64,000 nt of DNA from an uncultured virus (IMG/VR IMGVR_UViG_2061766007_000627) (IMGVR_UViG_2061766007_000627); one strand, 5' to 3'. Numbered from the stretch's first letter, positions 39,688-50,076 are shown. Numbers and translations are program-made. The notes: generated by a model not told the origin, from the sequence alone.

Positions 39688-40044
39688 ATGAGAGTAGGAC
39701 CAATTTCAGAAATAAACATCAATGGTCAGTCATTTAAGGTATCTAATGTATACAAGGTGCGTAACTTTAGTGGCGCACTTCCAAACTCAAATACATACAT
39801 AAAAGAAGTTATCTATTCTGACCCGGCAACCATCGTGTTCTGGAGCGATGAAACTAAAACAGTATGCAAATGTAAATCTCCTGATACCTATTCAGAAGAA
39901 GTAGGATTAGCACTTTGCATACTTAAAAAACTATACGGTGCAACAAATCTCAAAAAACTGTTTAGAGATTGGGTGCCTGAGCAGACAGCATTGTTTGAGC
40001 AGAGAGTGACACTTAAAGATGTAATAAAAAATAATAAGAGGTAG
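39688..40044 (+). CDS. Conserved phage hypothetical protein
   Basis: IKEVIY.DPATIVFW.D.TKTV.KC...D.YS.E.GLA pattern; AAGGAGG RBS. Confidence 0.65.
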   Translation: MRVGPISEININGQSFKVSNVYKVRNFSGALPNSNTYIKEVIYSDPATIVFWSDETKTVCKCKSPDTYSEEVGLALCILKKLYGATNLKKLFRDWVPEQTALFEQRVTLKDVIKNNKR

Positions 40045-40048
40045 TATT

Positions 40049-41245
40049 ATGGCGACAACGCAGAAATCCTTAAATGAAGTATTAAAGGGTATTTCTAAAA
40101 AATACGGAGAGAATGTGGCCAAGTTTGGTGCTGATGAACTCACAATAGATGGTGTGCTTTCATTAGGTTCCCCTATGATAGATTACTGTCTGTATGGTGG
40201 TGTTCCTGAAGGAAGAATAATAGAACTGTCTGGTGCAGAGGGTAGTGGTAAAACTACAACTTCATTTCTTATCGCTGCTTCTTATTGCAGAGAAGAATTG
40301 AAAAGAAATCCTGATAATCCAAGAAGTATTATCTTTCTTGATAATGAGGGTACACTGGACCCAACCTGGGCTTCTGTATTCGGATACAATCTTGAAGAAG
40401 ATGCTCCCGTAAGAACAATCGTAATAAGACCAGAGGGGCAGAACGCAGAAGAAATCTTTGATATGGCACTCGACTTTCTGCGTACTGGTGAAATTGGTCT
40501 TTTGATTTTTGACAGTATTGCCACCCTTGTTCCTGCACAAATAGCTGATGAGAGTATGGAAAAATATCAAATGGGTGGCATCGCAAAATCACTTACAAGA
40601 TTTGCTAATACTGCACTTGGGCTTCTCCGTAAATATAAAGCAACGCTTGTAGCAATAAACCAAGTCAGAGAAAATATGTCTGCTTATGGAAATCCTATTA
40701 TGACCCCGGGCGGTAGAGCGTGGAAACACGCTTGCTCTTCAAGACTTATGTTCAAGCGTGGCGACTTCTTTGATGAAGATGGTAATGTTCTTAAAACAAC
40801 GGCTGAATCTCCCGCAGGACATGTTGTAAATGTTGCTGTGCTTAAAACTAAAACCAGTAAATGGGATAGGAAAAGCGGTTCATACAGATTGCATTATACA
40901 AAAGGCGTAGATATTCTTTCTGATACGATTGAAACTGCCTTGCATTTCGGTTTGATAGATAATTCTGTACAAGGCACTTTCAAAATCATTGACCCAAAGA
41001 CAGGGGAAGTTAAACTTGATGCAGACGGAAAAGAAATAAAAATTCGTGGAAAGAAAAATGTTACTACTTATTTTGAAGAGCACAAAGATGAGTGGAAAGC
41101 ATTGTACGATGAGGTCTACGATAGAATAAAGCAGAAAGAGTCCCCATATATCAAGTCGTTTGAAGAGATGCTCAATCTTAATGCAGAAGAAGTATTTGGC
41201 AAAGACATAATGCAGTCCGTAATAAATAGCGATGGCGAATTATAA
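40049..41245 (+). CDS. recA: RecA/UvsX recombinase
   Basis: GGVPEGRIIELSGAEGSGKTT, DSIA, INQVR, TPGGRA. Confidence 0.95.
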   Translation: MATTQKSLNEVLKGISKKYGENVAKFGADELTIDGVLSLGSPMIDYCLYGGVPEGRIIELSGAEGSGKTTTSFLIAASYCREELKRNPDNPRSIIFLDNEGTLDPTWASVFGYNLEEDAPVRTIVIRPEGQNAEEIFDMALDFLRTGEIGLLIFDSIATLVPAQIADESMEKYQMGGIAKSLTRFANTALGLLRKYKATLVAINQVRENMSAYGNPIMTPGGRAWKHACSSRLMFKRGDFFDEDGNVLKTTAESPAGHVVNVAVLKTKTSKWDRKSGSYRLHYTKGVDILSDTIETALHFGLIDNSVQGTFKIIDPKTGEVKLDADGKEIKIRGKKNVTTYFEEHKDEWKALYDEVYDRIKQKESPYIKSFEEMLNLNAEEVFGKDIMQSVINSDGEL

Positions 41246-41252
41246 AAATGTC

Positions 41253-41281
41253 TTTACATTCTTGTTGTTTAATGCTACAAT
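41253..41281 (+). promoter_or_regulatory. SigmaA-type promoter, extended -10
   Basis: TTTACA-N17-TACAAT with TG; shares ATGTCTTTACATT with the promoter at 28299. Confidence 0.75.
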
Positions 41282-41301
41282 ACTTATAGAGAGATGGAGA
41301 G

Positions 41302-41646
41302 ATGAAAAGTACAAGAGAGATAAGCAAAGTACAAGAAGATAGGGTAGCTAGGAAGTTGGGAGGAATAGCAACTCCCAACTCTGGTGCTGGGTATTTCAAA
41401 AAAGGAGATATTCAGATTATAGATGCTGGACTTCTTGTGGAGTGCAAAACTTGTGCATCGACTAAAAACTCTTTCTCGATTAAAAAAGAGTGGCTTGAAA
41501 AAAACAAGCAAGAACTCTTTGCAAGCGGATTGTCAAATAGCGTAGTAGCATTTAACTTCTACTATGAAGATAAAAATGATTACTATGTTATTGATGATAA
41601 GTTGATGAGGTTTCTGGTGGAGAAACTTCGAGAAGAAAACTCATAA
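41302..41646 (+). CDS. PD-(D/E)xK nuclease, Hjc-like resolvase
   Basis: QE.RVA..LGG...PNSGA....GD.......VECK. Confidence 0.75.
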   Translation: MKSTREISKVQEDRVARKLGGIATPNSGAGYFKKGDIQIIDAGLLVECKTCASTKNSFSIKKEWLEKNKQELFASGLSNSVVAFNFYYEDKNDYYVIDDKLMRFLVEKLREENS

Positions 41647-41662
41647 TTGTGGAGGTGTTACT

Positions 41663-42322
41663 ATGACTATGAAACTGCCGAAAGAAACGATTGAGAGCAA
41701 CAAGGCAACTTTCTGTGAATTGCTGAGAACCTGTGGTCGTGAAGGGGCAAATATTGAGGCACTAATACGCAAACTTGAAAGCTCTGATTTCTTTACAGCG
41801 CCTGCGTCTACAAAGTACCACAACAATGTGGAGGGTGGACTTTGTGACCACTCACTCAATGTGTATTACAATTTGAAAAGCCTTGTAAGGAATAAGCGTC
41901 TTGAAGATATTATTCCAGAAGATTCTGTATTGATTTGTGGACTTCTGCACGATATGTCAAAGATGAACAGGTACGAAAAATACTATCGTAATGAAAAGGT
42001 GTACTCTGAATATGGAACAAAACATGACAACCTTGGAAATTTCGATTGGGTAGCGAAAGAAGCATATAGGGTAACTGATATAGAAAATCAGTTCCTTTAT
42101 GGAAATCACGAAGAAACATCTGAATATATGATAAGGTGTTATATTCCGCTTAAACTTGAAGAGTCTGTTGCGATTATTAACCATGAGTGCGGTATGTGGG
42201 ATGACTGTGTACCAGTTAAAGAAGTTGTAAAGAAATATGACAGATACCCAATTGCCTGCCTGCTTCATACGGCAGATATGATTAGCAGTTTTGTTGACGA
42301 AGGTGCTTGGCGCAATGAATAA
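41663..42322 (+). CDS. HD-domain phosphohydrolase
   Basis: FFTAPASTKYH....GGL.DHSL.V, LLHD.SK, H, LH.AD. Confidence 0.85.
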   Translation: MTMKLPKETIESNKATFCELLRTCGREGANIEALIRKLESSDFFTAPASTKYHNNVEGGLCDHSLNVYYNLKSLVRNKRLEDIIPEDSVLICGLLHDMSKMNRYEKYYRNEKVYSEYGTKHDNLGNFDWVAKEAYRVTDIENQFLYGNHEETSEYMIRCYIPLKLEESVAIINHECGMWDDCVPVKEVVKKYDRYPIACLLHTADMISSFVDEGAWRNE

Positions 42323-42653
42323 ATTTGTTGTAAAAGAACTGCAAAAATGTAGAGTTCCTTTACCAAAGTGGGATAATGATACTACGCAGTTAGTTATCCC
42401 ACTTCATAGTTCTGAATCAGATGCAATGTCTGATGGTATTTTTGATATTAGTATAAAAAACTATATAATACACGAACCACCAAATTTTACACTCTCTATT
42501 GACTGGAACATGGGAACTGTTCCACCTGAAAGCAAAATGCGAGTAAGGTATGTTGATACAAGAGGTAAGATGACTAAAGTAGACGGAGTAGGCATTACTA
42601 CAAATACTCATTGGTCAGGGTGGCTGCCGAATAAAAGTTTTGAGGTTATATAA
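42315..42653 (+). CDS. Hypothetical protein
   Basis: ATG at 42315 with AAGGTG upstream; coupled to the next gene by TAATG. Confidence 0.6.
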   Translation: MNKFVVKELQKCRVPLPKWDNDTTQLVIPLHSSESDAMSDGIFDISIKNYIIHEPPNFTLSIDWNMGTVPPESKMRVRYVDTRGKMTKVDGVGITTNTHWSGWLPNKSFEVI

Positions 42654-43669
42654 TGAAATCGTTAGGTGTTAAGTACCGTCCTTCTGTATGGAGCGAGGTC
42701 ATAGGTCAGGAATCTGTTGTTACTATTTTGAAACAGCAGATTTTTACTAAATCATATAAGAACGCATATATCTTTAGCGGAGCATCTGGTTGTGGTAAAA
42801 CCACTTGTGCTAGAATATTCGCTAATGAAATAAATAATCATTGTGGGAGTCCTATCGAAATAGATGGTGCTTCTAACAATGGTGTTGATAATGTTAGACA
42901 AATTTCTGATAATGCTAATGCCAGGGCGTTAGATTCTGAATACAAAATCTACATTATAGATGAAGCACACGCATTATCAAATCAAGCGTGGCAGGCATTC
43001 CTTAAAACAATAGAGGAAACACCGAAGTACACTATCTTTATCTTCTGCACAACAGACCCACAGAAGATACCAGACACTATAAAGAATAGGTGTATGAGGT
43101 TCAACTTTACAAGGATTCCGTCTTACCAAATCAAATCAAGATTAGAAGAAGTTTGCAAGCAGGAGAGTTATACGAATTATCAAGACGCCTGTGACTATAT
43201 CAGCAGAATATGCAAGGGTGAAATGAGAAATGCGTTAAGCCTTCTTGAAACTTGCGCCGACTATTCTAATGACTTTTGTATTGATAATGTAGTAAAAGCA
43301 CTCGGCAATTTTTCTTATGACACATACTTTGATTTGACTAATGCTATCATAGATGGAGATATGCCGACAGCATTGAACATAATTTCAAAGGTGTATGCAG
43401 ATGGGAATGACCTTTCTTATTTTGTAATCTCATATCTTGACTTTGTGCTTGATGTAACCAAGTATATACAGTGCAAGGATATAGGAGTTACGAAACTTCC
43501 TATCAGCACAGAAGAGCAATTAAAATTTGCAACGGGTATAAGTGATGCTTCAAAATACTATCTGTATATGATAGATAAATTGCTCGAATTGAAGAATATG
43601 ATAAAGAATGATGTTGATGTGAAATCAACAGTAGAAGTTGTGATAACACAGATGTGCAGGCTGATATGA
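42653..43669 (+). CDS. dnaX: Clamp loader ATPase subunit (DnaX gamma-like)
   Basis: KYRP....EVIGQ, GCGKTT.ARIFA, EIDGASNNGVDNVR, IIDEAH.LS, LKTIEE, NRC, G.MRNALSLL. Confidence 0.92.
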   Translation: MKSLGVKYRPSVWSEVIGQESVVTILKQQIFTKSYKNAYIFSGASGCGKTTCARIFANEINNHCGSPIEIDGASNNGVDNVRQISDNANARALDSEYKIYIIDEAHALSNQAWQAFLKTIEETPKYTIFIFCTTDPQKIPDTIKNRCMRFNFTRIPSYQIKSRLEEVCKQESYTNYQDACDYISRICKGEMRNALSLLETCADYSNDFCIDNVVKALGNFSYDTYFDLTNAIIDGDMPTALNIISKVYADGNDLSYFVISYLDFVLDVTKYIQCKDIGVTKLPISTEEQLKFATGISDASKYYLYMIDKLLELKNMIKNDVDVKSTVEVVITQMCRLI

Positions 43670-44481
43670 TAGGACAGACAAAACTATTAAGCAGGATAGA
43701 AAAGTACACATACGAAACTTTCCCACAAGCATCTATATTTGAAGGTGATTTTGGTTGTGGCAAGAAAACTCTCACCTGTATTATCGGCAGAAAGTTTGAT
43801 AATTTGCCGATAGTTGATATGTCGCTTACGGTATCAAATGATACTATACTTGATACCTATACGAGTGCTATTCCCAAGTTGTATGTGATAGACATAAACA
43901 AGGCAGGGCAGAGTAAGAAACTAATTCCGCTTCAAAACTCTATATTGAAGTTTATAGAAGAGCCACCTGCTAACGCTAAAATCATAATATTGTGTGAAAG
44001 TAAAAATCAGTTACTTCCGACTATCCAAAATAGATGTCAACTGTTTTCTTTTGAGAAGTATTCTGCGTCAGAACTTCAGGAGTTTGCAGGGGGGCAAAAC
44101 ATCGAGGTAGAAAATGAATTGTTTTCTTTATATGATACCCCCGGAAAAATCTTATCATTACTAAACACGGAGTTTAACTATACTAAACTAAATGAACTGA
44201 TAGACAACATCATTGATAACATATCAAGAGCAAGTATTCCTAATTTGCTTACGATTGCTGATAAGATAGACTTCGGTAAAGGTGGCTACAACCTTGATAT
44301 ATTTCTAAAACAAATGAGAAACTCACTTGTAAGTAGAATGCAGACAGCCGAAGATTGCTCTATAATAGGTCAGTATGATAGAATAACAGCAGAGTTTGCA
44401 AAGCAATTACGAGCATTAAATATCAACAAAGAAATGTTGTTTGAAAATTACCTGTTGCGGTTAAAGGGTGTGACAGAATGA
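43654..44481 (+). CDS. holB: Clamp loader delta-prime (HolB)-like subunit
   Basis: GCGKKT, QNSILKFIEEPP, LLPTIQNRCQ. Confidence 0.8.
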   Translation: MQADMIGQTKLLSRIEKYTYETFPQASIFEGDFGCGKKTLTCIIGRKFDNLPIVDMSLTVSNDTILDTYTSAIPKLYVIDINKAGQSKKLIPLQNSILKFIEEPPANAKIIILCESKNQLLPTIQNRCQLFSFEKYSASELQEFAGGQNIEVENELFSLYDTPGKILSLLNTEFNYTKLNELIDNIIDNISRASIPNLLTIADKIDFGKGGYNLDIFLKQMRNSLVSRMQTAEDCSIIGQYDRITAEFAKQLRALNINKEMLFENYLLRLKGVTE

Positions 44482-45386
44482 CTATTGAAGAATTCAAGAG
44501 AGCAATAGAAGATAATACATTTTCGTTGCCACTCTTAATTGCCGAGTGTGAGGATGAAACTTCAGAGTTTGTATTCCAGCAGTATCTGCACGAATATATC
44601 AGCGAGAATGATTTATCATTTGAGTTTGTAGATAGCATATCAAATAAAGCACAAATCAATCTGTTTGGAATTGCAGAAACTAACCTAAAAGTTTATTTTA
44701 CGAAGAATCTGACAGAAGTATCCATTCCCAGGAGTAATCAACTCTGGGTACGCTGTAAGAGCATAAGTAAAGAGATAAGTAAAGAGTTTGCACAGTATGT
44801 AGTAAAGATACCTAAACTTGAAGAGTGGCAGATAAAAGACTATGTGTATACGCTTTGTGACGGAGTAAAACAATCCGAACTTGACTATCTGTTACAGGTG
44901 TACGGCAAAAACATTTATCGTATTGACAATGAGATTGCGAAGTTGACTTCATTTCAAAATATAGGACAGATTTATCCTAAAATCAAAGACCAACTATTCA
45001 ATGAAGTTAGCGAATATCAAATATTTGATTTAGTGAATGCTCTTGTCAGATATGATATAATGGCATTGACAAATATATTGAAACAGCTTGATGGTATAGA
45101 TGTAGATGTATTCGGCTTGCTCACTTTGTTAAAAACGAATTTTAGGCGAGTGATAGATATTCAGTTGTCACGGAATCCATCAGCACAATCAATAGGTGTA
45201 TCTGATAAACAATTCTGGGCAATAAAGAAGTATTCGTGTGGAATATATACAAGAACGCAGTTGTTTGAAATCTACACTTTCTTAACCGCCTGCGATTACT
45301 ATATTAAAAGTGGTTATATCAGTACCGATATGATGCTGAATTATATAATAGTTAAGATAATATCTGTTAAGGAGAGATGTGTATGA
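44478..45386 (+). CDS. holA: Clamp loader delta (HolA)-like subunit
   Basis: QINLFG, NEIAKL, IFDLVNAL and D..IKSG match the HolA pattern; adjacent to dnaX and holB. Confidence 0.75.
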   Translation: MTIEEFKRAIEDNTFSLPLLIAECEDETSEFVFQQYLHEYISENDLSFEFVDSISNKAQINLFGIAETNLKVYFTKNLTEVSIPRSNQLWVRCKSISKEISKEFAQYVVKIPKLEEWQIKDYVYTLCDGVKQSELDYLLQVYGKNIYRIDNEIAKLTSFQNIGQIYPKIKDQLFNEVSEYQIFDLVNALVRYDIMALTNILKQLDGIDVDVFGLLTLLKTNFRRVIDIQLSRNPSAQSIGVSDKQFWAIKKYSCGIYTRTQLFEIYTFLTACDYYIKSGYISTDMMLNYIIVKIISVKERCV

Positions 45387-45769
45387 CTATGCTTAAACTA
45401 GGTGAAAAAGAGTATGAAGTTGGTCTTGGTAAAGAACTTGTCATCGAAGACCCAGAAAAGATTTTCGGAAAATGGATAAAGATAACTACGGAGGAATATG
45501 AACTTACAGCAACTCGTACTTCGGTAGTAAATACTGTTGATACTTTTGTGATTGACAAAATACGCTACTTCAATGGGGAAACTCTTGTACTTGAACCTGA
45601 AGTAAAAGAAGAAGAACCTGAACCTAAACACATAAACTTTAACTCATTAAAGAAAGCCGAAATAGTAGATATAGCAGCTGACCTTGGTTTCGATACCTCT
45701 GTCAATAGAACTAAAAAAGAATGGATAGAGATGATTGAATCACTTGGCAATAGTGAGGAGGCGTTTTGA
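45377..45769 (+). CDS. Protein with C-terminal Rho-N/HeH-like motif
   Basis: FNSLKKAEIVDIAADLG......TKKEWIEMI. Confidence 0.55.
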   Translation: MCMTMLKLGEKEYEVGLGKELVIEDPEKIFGKWIKITTEEYELTATRTSVVNTVDTFVIDKIRYFNGETLVLEPEVKEEEPEPKHINFNSLKKAEIVDIAADLGFDTSVNRTKKEWIEMIESLGNSEEAF

Positions 45770-46801
45770 TTGAAACTCGGAATTGTCGGGGATATTCACT
45801 GGAGTAGATATTCTTCTATATTAAGGTTACGAGGAAATAAGTATTCTCATCGTTTAGAGAACTGCATTAAGTCAATCACCTGGGCAGAGCAGATGACTTC
45901 TGACTGTGCTTTGGTAATATATTTAGGTGACTTTTTCGATTCGCCAGAATTAACGGCAGAAGAAATTACGGCAATAAAAGACATAAAATGGAACTCGCAG
46001 GAACACTTCTTTCTCGTAGGAAATCACGAAATGGGGATAAATGACCTTTCGTACAGTTCTTCTCATTTGTTTGATTATATAGACATAGAGAAGGGGGCAA
46101 CGGTTATTGATTCTCCCTGTATGTATAATTTCGGTGGTTGTGCTGTAAACTTTTTGCCATACATACTTGAAGATTCTCGTAAGCCTATTTCTGAATATAT
46201 ACAAACGATTGAAGACACACGCACAATAGTTTTTTCTCATAATGATATTGCGGGTATTCAACTTGGACAGTATGTAAGTAAGGCAGGTTTCGATATTAAC
46301 GATATTGAAGAGCATTGTGATTTGTTCATCAATGGACATCTCCATAATGGTAGCAAAATATCCGATAAGATAATCAACATAGGAAATCTTACGGGGCAGA
46401 ACTTTAGCGAAGATGCGTTTAAGTATGACCATTGTATTTTCATTTTAGATACTGATACAATGCAAATTGCTGTTTATGAAAATCCGTATGCTATAAACTT
46501 CTATAAGATTGATGCTACTGAAACAGATGTTAATCTTACTGAACTAAAACAAAACGCAGTTGTTACACTAAAAGTGCCTGAAGATGCCGATTTAATGCAA
46601 ATCAAAAATACCCTTGATTCTGCACAAAACATAATAACATATCGAATCCTGGTCGTTCCCGGGACAACACAAAAGACTGTTATTAAAAATACTAAAGAAC
46701 TTTTGGCAGTCAATCATCTGACTAAGTTTAGTGAGTATGTGTTGCAGACATTAGGAAAGTCCGATGTTGTTGTTGAAGAACTTGACGAGGTGCTGAAATG
46801 A
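45770..46801 (+). CDS. SbcD/Mre11/gp47-like nuclease
   Basis: GDIH, LGDFFD, GNHE, SH, GHLH; precedes the SMC ATPase. Confidence 0.88.
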   Translation: MKLGIVGDIHWSRYSSILRLRGNKYSHRLENCIKSITWAEQMTSDCALVIYLGDFFDSPELTAEEITAIKDIKWNSQEHFFLVGNHEMGINDLSYSSSHLFDYIDIEKGATVIDSPCMYNFGGCAVNFLPYILEDSRKPISEYIQTIEDTRTIVFSHNDIAGIQLGQYVSKAGFDINDIEEHCDLFINGHLHNGSKISDKIINIGNLTGQNFSEDAFKYDHCIFILDTDTMQIAVYENPYAINFYKIDATETDVNLTELKQNAVVTLKVPEDADLMQIKNTLDSAQNIITYRILVVPGTTQKTVIKNTKELLAVNHLTKFSEYVLQTLGKSDVVVEELDEVLK

Positions 46802-48660
46802 GAATGATTTTCAAATCGGTAAAATTAAAAAACTTTATGTCTTATGAAGATGCTGAACTTGCACTTGACAGGCATGGCTATATTCTTGTTAGTGGAGTAA
46901 ACAACAACCCTATTGATAATGCTAAATCTAATGGGGTAGGTAAGAGCAGTTTGTTTTCTGCTATATCTTGGGCATTAACTGGTTTAACTATATCAGGCGG
47001 AAAAGAAGTTGCAAATATCTATCTTGATGGTACAACTTCAGTTGAGTTGACATTCTCGGTAGACGATGTAGAATACATAGTGACCCGTACAAAAAATCCG
47101 AGCAATCTTAAACTTTTTGTTAATGGGGAAAACAAGAGCGGCAAGGGTATTCGTGATACAGAAAAAATACTCGCAGAGTATTTGCCTGATGTTACCTATA
47201 CATTATTAAGTTCCGTCATCATCTTAGGACAGGGATTACCTCAGAAGTTTTCTAGCAACACCCCAAGCGGGCGTAAAGAAGTTTTAGAAAATTTGTCTAA
47301 TTCTGACTTTATGATTATTGACTTAAAGAATAGAGTAGCAAGTCGTGGTAACTATCTGAAACAGTCTTTGCGTGAAAATGAAAACAGCATTACTGACTTG
47401 ACTGCTCGTGTTGATATTGTTACAAAGCAACTCGAATCTGCACAATCAGAATATGATAAGTTAGATGAAGATGGACTTGAGATTTTAACCCAGGAGTTTA
47501 CCGCTGAACTCGTGCATAAAAAAGATTGTGAAATACAACTTTCAGATTATGACAGTCAAATAAAAGAAAAAGAAGTGAAGTTTAACAGCGTTGTAGAAGA
47601 AATATCTAAACTATCGCTACAACATACCGAAGAAAGAAGCAAGATAGAACTGCATGATGTTACTGAACTTGCTGAAAAAATATCTGCTATTACGGCTGAA
47701 AAGAATCAGCTATCGAAAGAGATATTAAGATTAGATAGTGTTACAGATATTTGCCCGACCTGTGGGCAGAAACTTCCTGATGTTCATAAGATTGATACAA
47801 CTGATAAGAAAATAGAACTACAGAAGTTACAAGATACGCTGGCAGAATACCAGCAGGAAAAACTTGAAAAAGAAAAACTCAATACGAACATTATTAAAGA
47901 GTTTGAAGCGGATTTCTCTGTTGCACAGGAACAATTAAATGCTTGTTACAAGGACTTGAATGCTCAACTGCTTACATTGAGGTCAATGCGTTCTGCGAAA
48001 GAGGGTGAATTGAAATCCTGTGAACTTCGTATCCAGGCAAAACAGGCAGAGTTAGATGACTTTGAAACAAAGAAGTCTGTATTGGCAGATAAAATTTTGT
48101 TGCTTAATGAGCAAATAAGTGATTACAAATCTAAACTTTTGTACTATAATAATAATGTGAAAACTCTGACAGAGCATATAGATGTCAACAACAAGATGTC
48201 TACAATCCTGTCAAGAGATTTCAGAGGGTATCTGCTTGGGAATGTAATTTCATTTATTGCACAGCAAGCAAAGCAATATGCACTTGATATTTTCGGTACG
48301 GACAGGTTAGATTTCCTGCTTGATGGAAATAACATATCAATTATCTACGATGGTAAAGATTATGAGGTTTTGTCAGGCGGGGAAAAGCAAAAGGTGGATG
48401 TCATAGTGCAACTTGCGATTAGAGATATGCTTTGTTCGTTCTTGAACTTCTCATCAAATATACTTGTACTTGATGAGATTACGGACAATCTTGACATACT
48501 CGGTTGTCAGAAGATGTTTAATCTTATCTCAACTAAACTTAATGATGTTGAAGCCGTATATATTATATCTCACCATCAGGACGATTTTGAGATTCCGTAT
48601 GATGACCAGATAAACATAGTAAAAGGAGTTGACAGAATTAGTCGAATAGTTGCCGCATGA
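46798..48660 (+). CDS. SbcC/Rad50/gp46-like SMC ATPase
   Basis: NFMSY, NGVGKSS, coiled coil with CPTCG zinc hook, LSGGEKQ, LDE, ISH. Confidence 0.92.
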   Translation: MRMIFKSVKLKNFMSYEDAELALDRHGYILVSGVNNNPIDNAKSNGVGKSSLFSAISWALTGLTISGGKEVANIYLDGTTSVELTFSVDDVEYIVTRTKNPSNLKLFVNGENKSGKGIRDTEKILAEYLPDVTYTLLSSVIILGQGLPQKFSSNTPSGRKEVLENLSNSDFMIIDLKNRVASRGNYLKQSLRENENSITDLTARVDIVTKQLESAQSEYDKLDEDGLEILTQEFTAELVHKKDCEIQLSDYDSQIKEKEVKFNSVVEEISKLSLQHTEERSKIELHDVTELAEKISAITAEKNQLSKEILRLDSVTDICPTCGQKLPDVHKIDTTDKKIELQKLQDTLAEYQQEKLEKEKLNTNIIKEFEADFSVAQEQLNACYKDLNAQLLTLRSMRSAKEGELKSCELRIQAKQAELDDFETKKSVLADKILLLNEQISDYKSKLLYYNNNVKTLTEHIDVNNKMSTILSRDFRGYLLGNVISFIAQQAKQYALDIFGTDRLDFLLDGNNISIIYDGKDYEVLSGGEKQKVDVIVQLAIRDMLCSFLNFSSNILVLDEITDNLDILGCQKMFNLISTKLNDVEAVYIISHHQDDFEIPYDDQINIVKGVDRISRIVAA

Positions 48661-49523
48661 CTTTTCAAAAGCCGAAAGATGTTAAATATGTAGACATGTG
48701 TATCTTTGTAGATGAGAAAGTACAACAAGAGAGCATTTCTGAAGAAGATGCCTCACTTGTGTACGAGTATTTATATCACATCATCTACATGCTGGCGGTC
48801 AAACAACGCTTTTTTAGTAAAGAAGAATATTATGATGAATTCGCTATTATAACAGCGGGTGATGTTTTTAATCGCTTAATTACCAACCCGAAGTTACAAG
48901 AGGTTACTGAAGACGGCACCCCGAAAATGGCGAAAGTAAAAAGTTGCCTTAATTATATTAAGGCAATTTTATATGGGAGAAAAGTGCATTTTGAGCAGTC
49001 ATACTACTCGCAAAAGTTCTTAACTGCTGACCCCCAGGAAATTCCGTCTACTACTTCATCATTTTCTTATACAAGAGATTCACTCGATTTTAAAATCAAT
49101 CTTAATACAGAGTTATATCTTGATACAATTTCTGGGACAATCAAATCATACATTCGTAATAATTCCCCGTATCGTAAAAATCGTTTGCTAATGAAGAACA
49201 TCTATATTAGTTGTTTGCTTTCAATTCTTAACTCATTAGTTTTTACAGAGGAAGAAAACTTAAATATTCAGCGTAAATATACTACGATGGATGCTAAAGT
49301 ACGGTATTTATATAAGGCGTATAAACTTAACCGTGATAATTGTATTACACTTTATCATCTGCCTGGATATTATCGAAGTTACATCACGGTACTGGTGCGC
49401 CAACTTTATACAGTTATTGGAAAGGACATCAAAGAATTATGTCATTCGGACATTTCAATACCAGAAGATGTGCTGATGAATATTTCGTTTATGGAGATTA
49501 TGGGAAATGAGTATGACAATTAA
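48657..49523 (+). CDS. Putative phage sigma-like transcription factor (gp55-like position)
   Basis: Helical protein right after the gp47/gp46 homologues. YHIIYMLA...FF...YYDEFA...SCLNYIK loosely resembles sigma region 2. Confidence 0.35.
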   Translation: MTFQKPKDVKYVDMCIFVDEKVQQESISEEDASLVYEYLYHIIYMLAVKQRFFSKEEYYDEFAIITAGDVFNRLITNPKLQEVTEDGTPKMAKVKSCLNYIKAILYGRKVHFEQSYYSQKFLTADPQEIPSTTSSFSYTRDSLDFKINLNTELYLDTISGTIKSYIRNNSPYRKNRLLMKNIYISCLLSILNSLVFTEEENLNIQRKYTTMDAKVRYLYKAYKLNRDNCITLYHLPGYYRSYITVLVRQLYTVIGKDIKELCHSDISIPEDVLMNISFMEIMGNEYDN

Positions 49524-49884
49524 GGAAGAACTTAATCACTTAAAAGAAACCGATGTTTACTCAATGCTTCTTTTTGTGTTGTATAAAATGAAGAACATTG
49601 AAGAATATTCTGTGTTAAGTGAACTTGCATACGTTCTTGATAAGCAGGACTTATTAAATTTGTGTGAGTATTTTGGGGGACTTACAATAAAAGTGCCAAC
49701 GATTGATGAGTTAGAATCCTTATTGAACTCCCTTATATTATATCAGTATGTAGAAATTGATGGCTTATCTTATGAAGATGCCGTTAAAAAAGTCGGGTTT
49801 GATTCATATGATTTACGTAAGGTTAAAAAAGATTATCTTAAAATGGTTAACCTGCTGAACAACTATTCATTCAATAGGAGTTAA
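49507..49884 (+). CDS. Mor-family transcription regulator
   Basis: LLNLCEYFGGLTIKVP followed by an HTH-like segment. Confidence 0.65.
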   Translation: MSMTIKEELNHLKETDVYSMLLFVLYKMKNIEEYSVLSELAYVLDKQDLLNLCEYFGGLTIKVPTIDELESLLNSLILYQYVEIDGLSYEDAVKKVGFDSYDLRKVKKDYLKMVNLLNNYSFNRS

Positions 49885-49885
49885 T

Positions 49886-50074
49886 ATGCTTTACATACAC
49901 CTGATGTCGATAAAAGATGACCTTGCACAGCACCATCGAAACCGTGAAGAAGCAATGTCACAATTCATACAGCAACGACTTACAAAATCTTTGATGTCTT
50001 ACTACAAAGATTTAACAAACAGTACACAGTACTTGCTCAATAGAAATCCAGAAAATGTATTAAGGAAGTTATAG
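49886..50074 (+). CDS. Hypothetical protein
   Basis: 62 aa, AGGAG RBS. Confidence 0.55.
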   Translation: MLYIHLMSIKDDLAQHHRNREEAMSQFIQQRLTKSLMSYYKDLTNSTQYLLNRNPENVLRKL

Positions 50075-50076
50075 CC

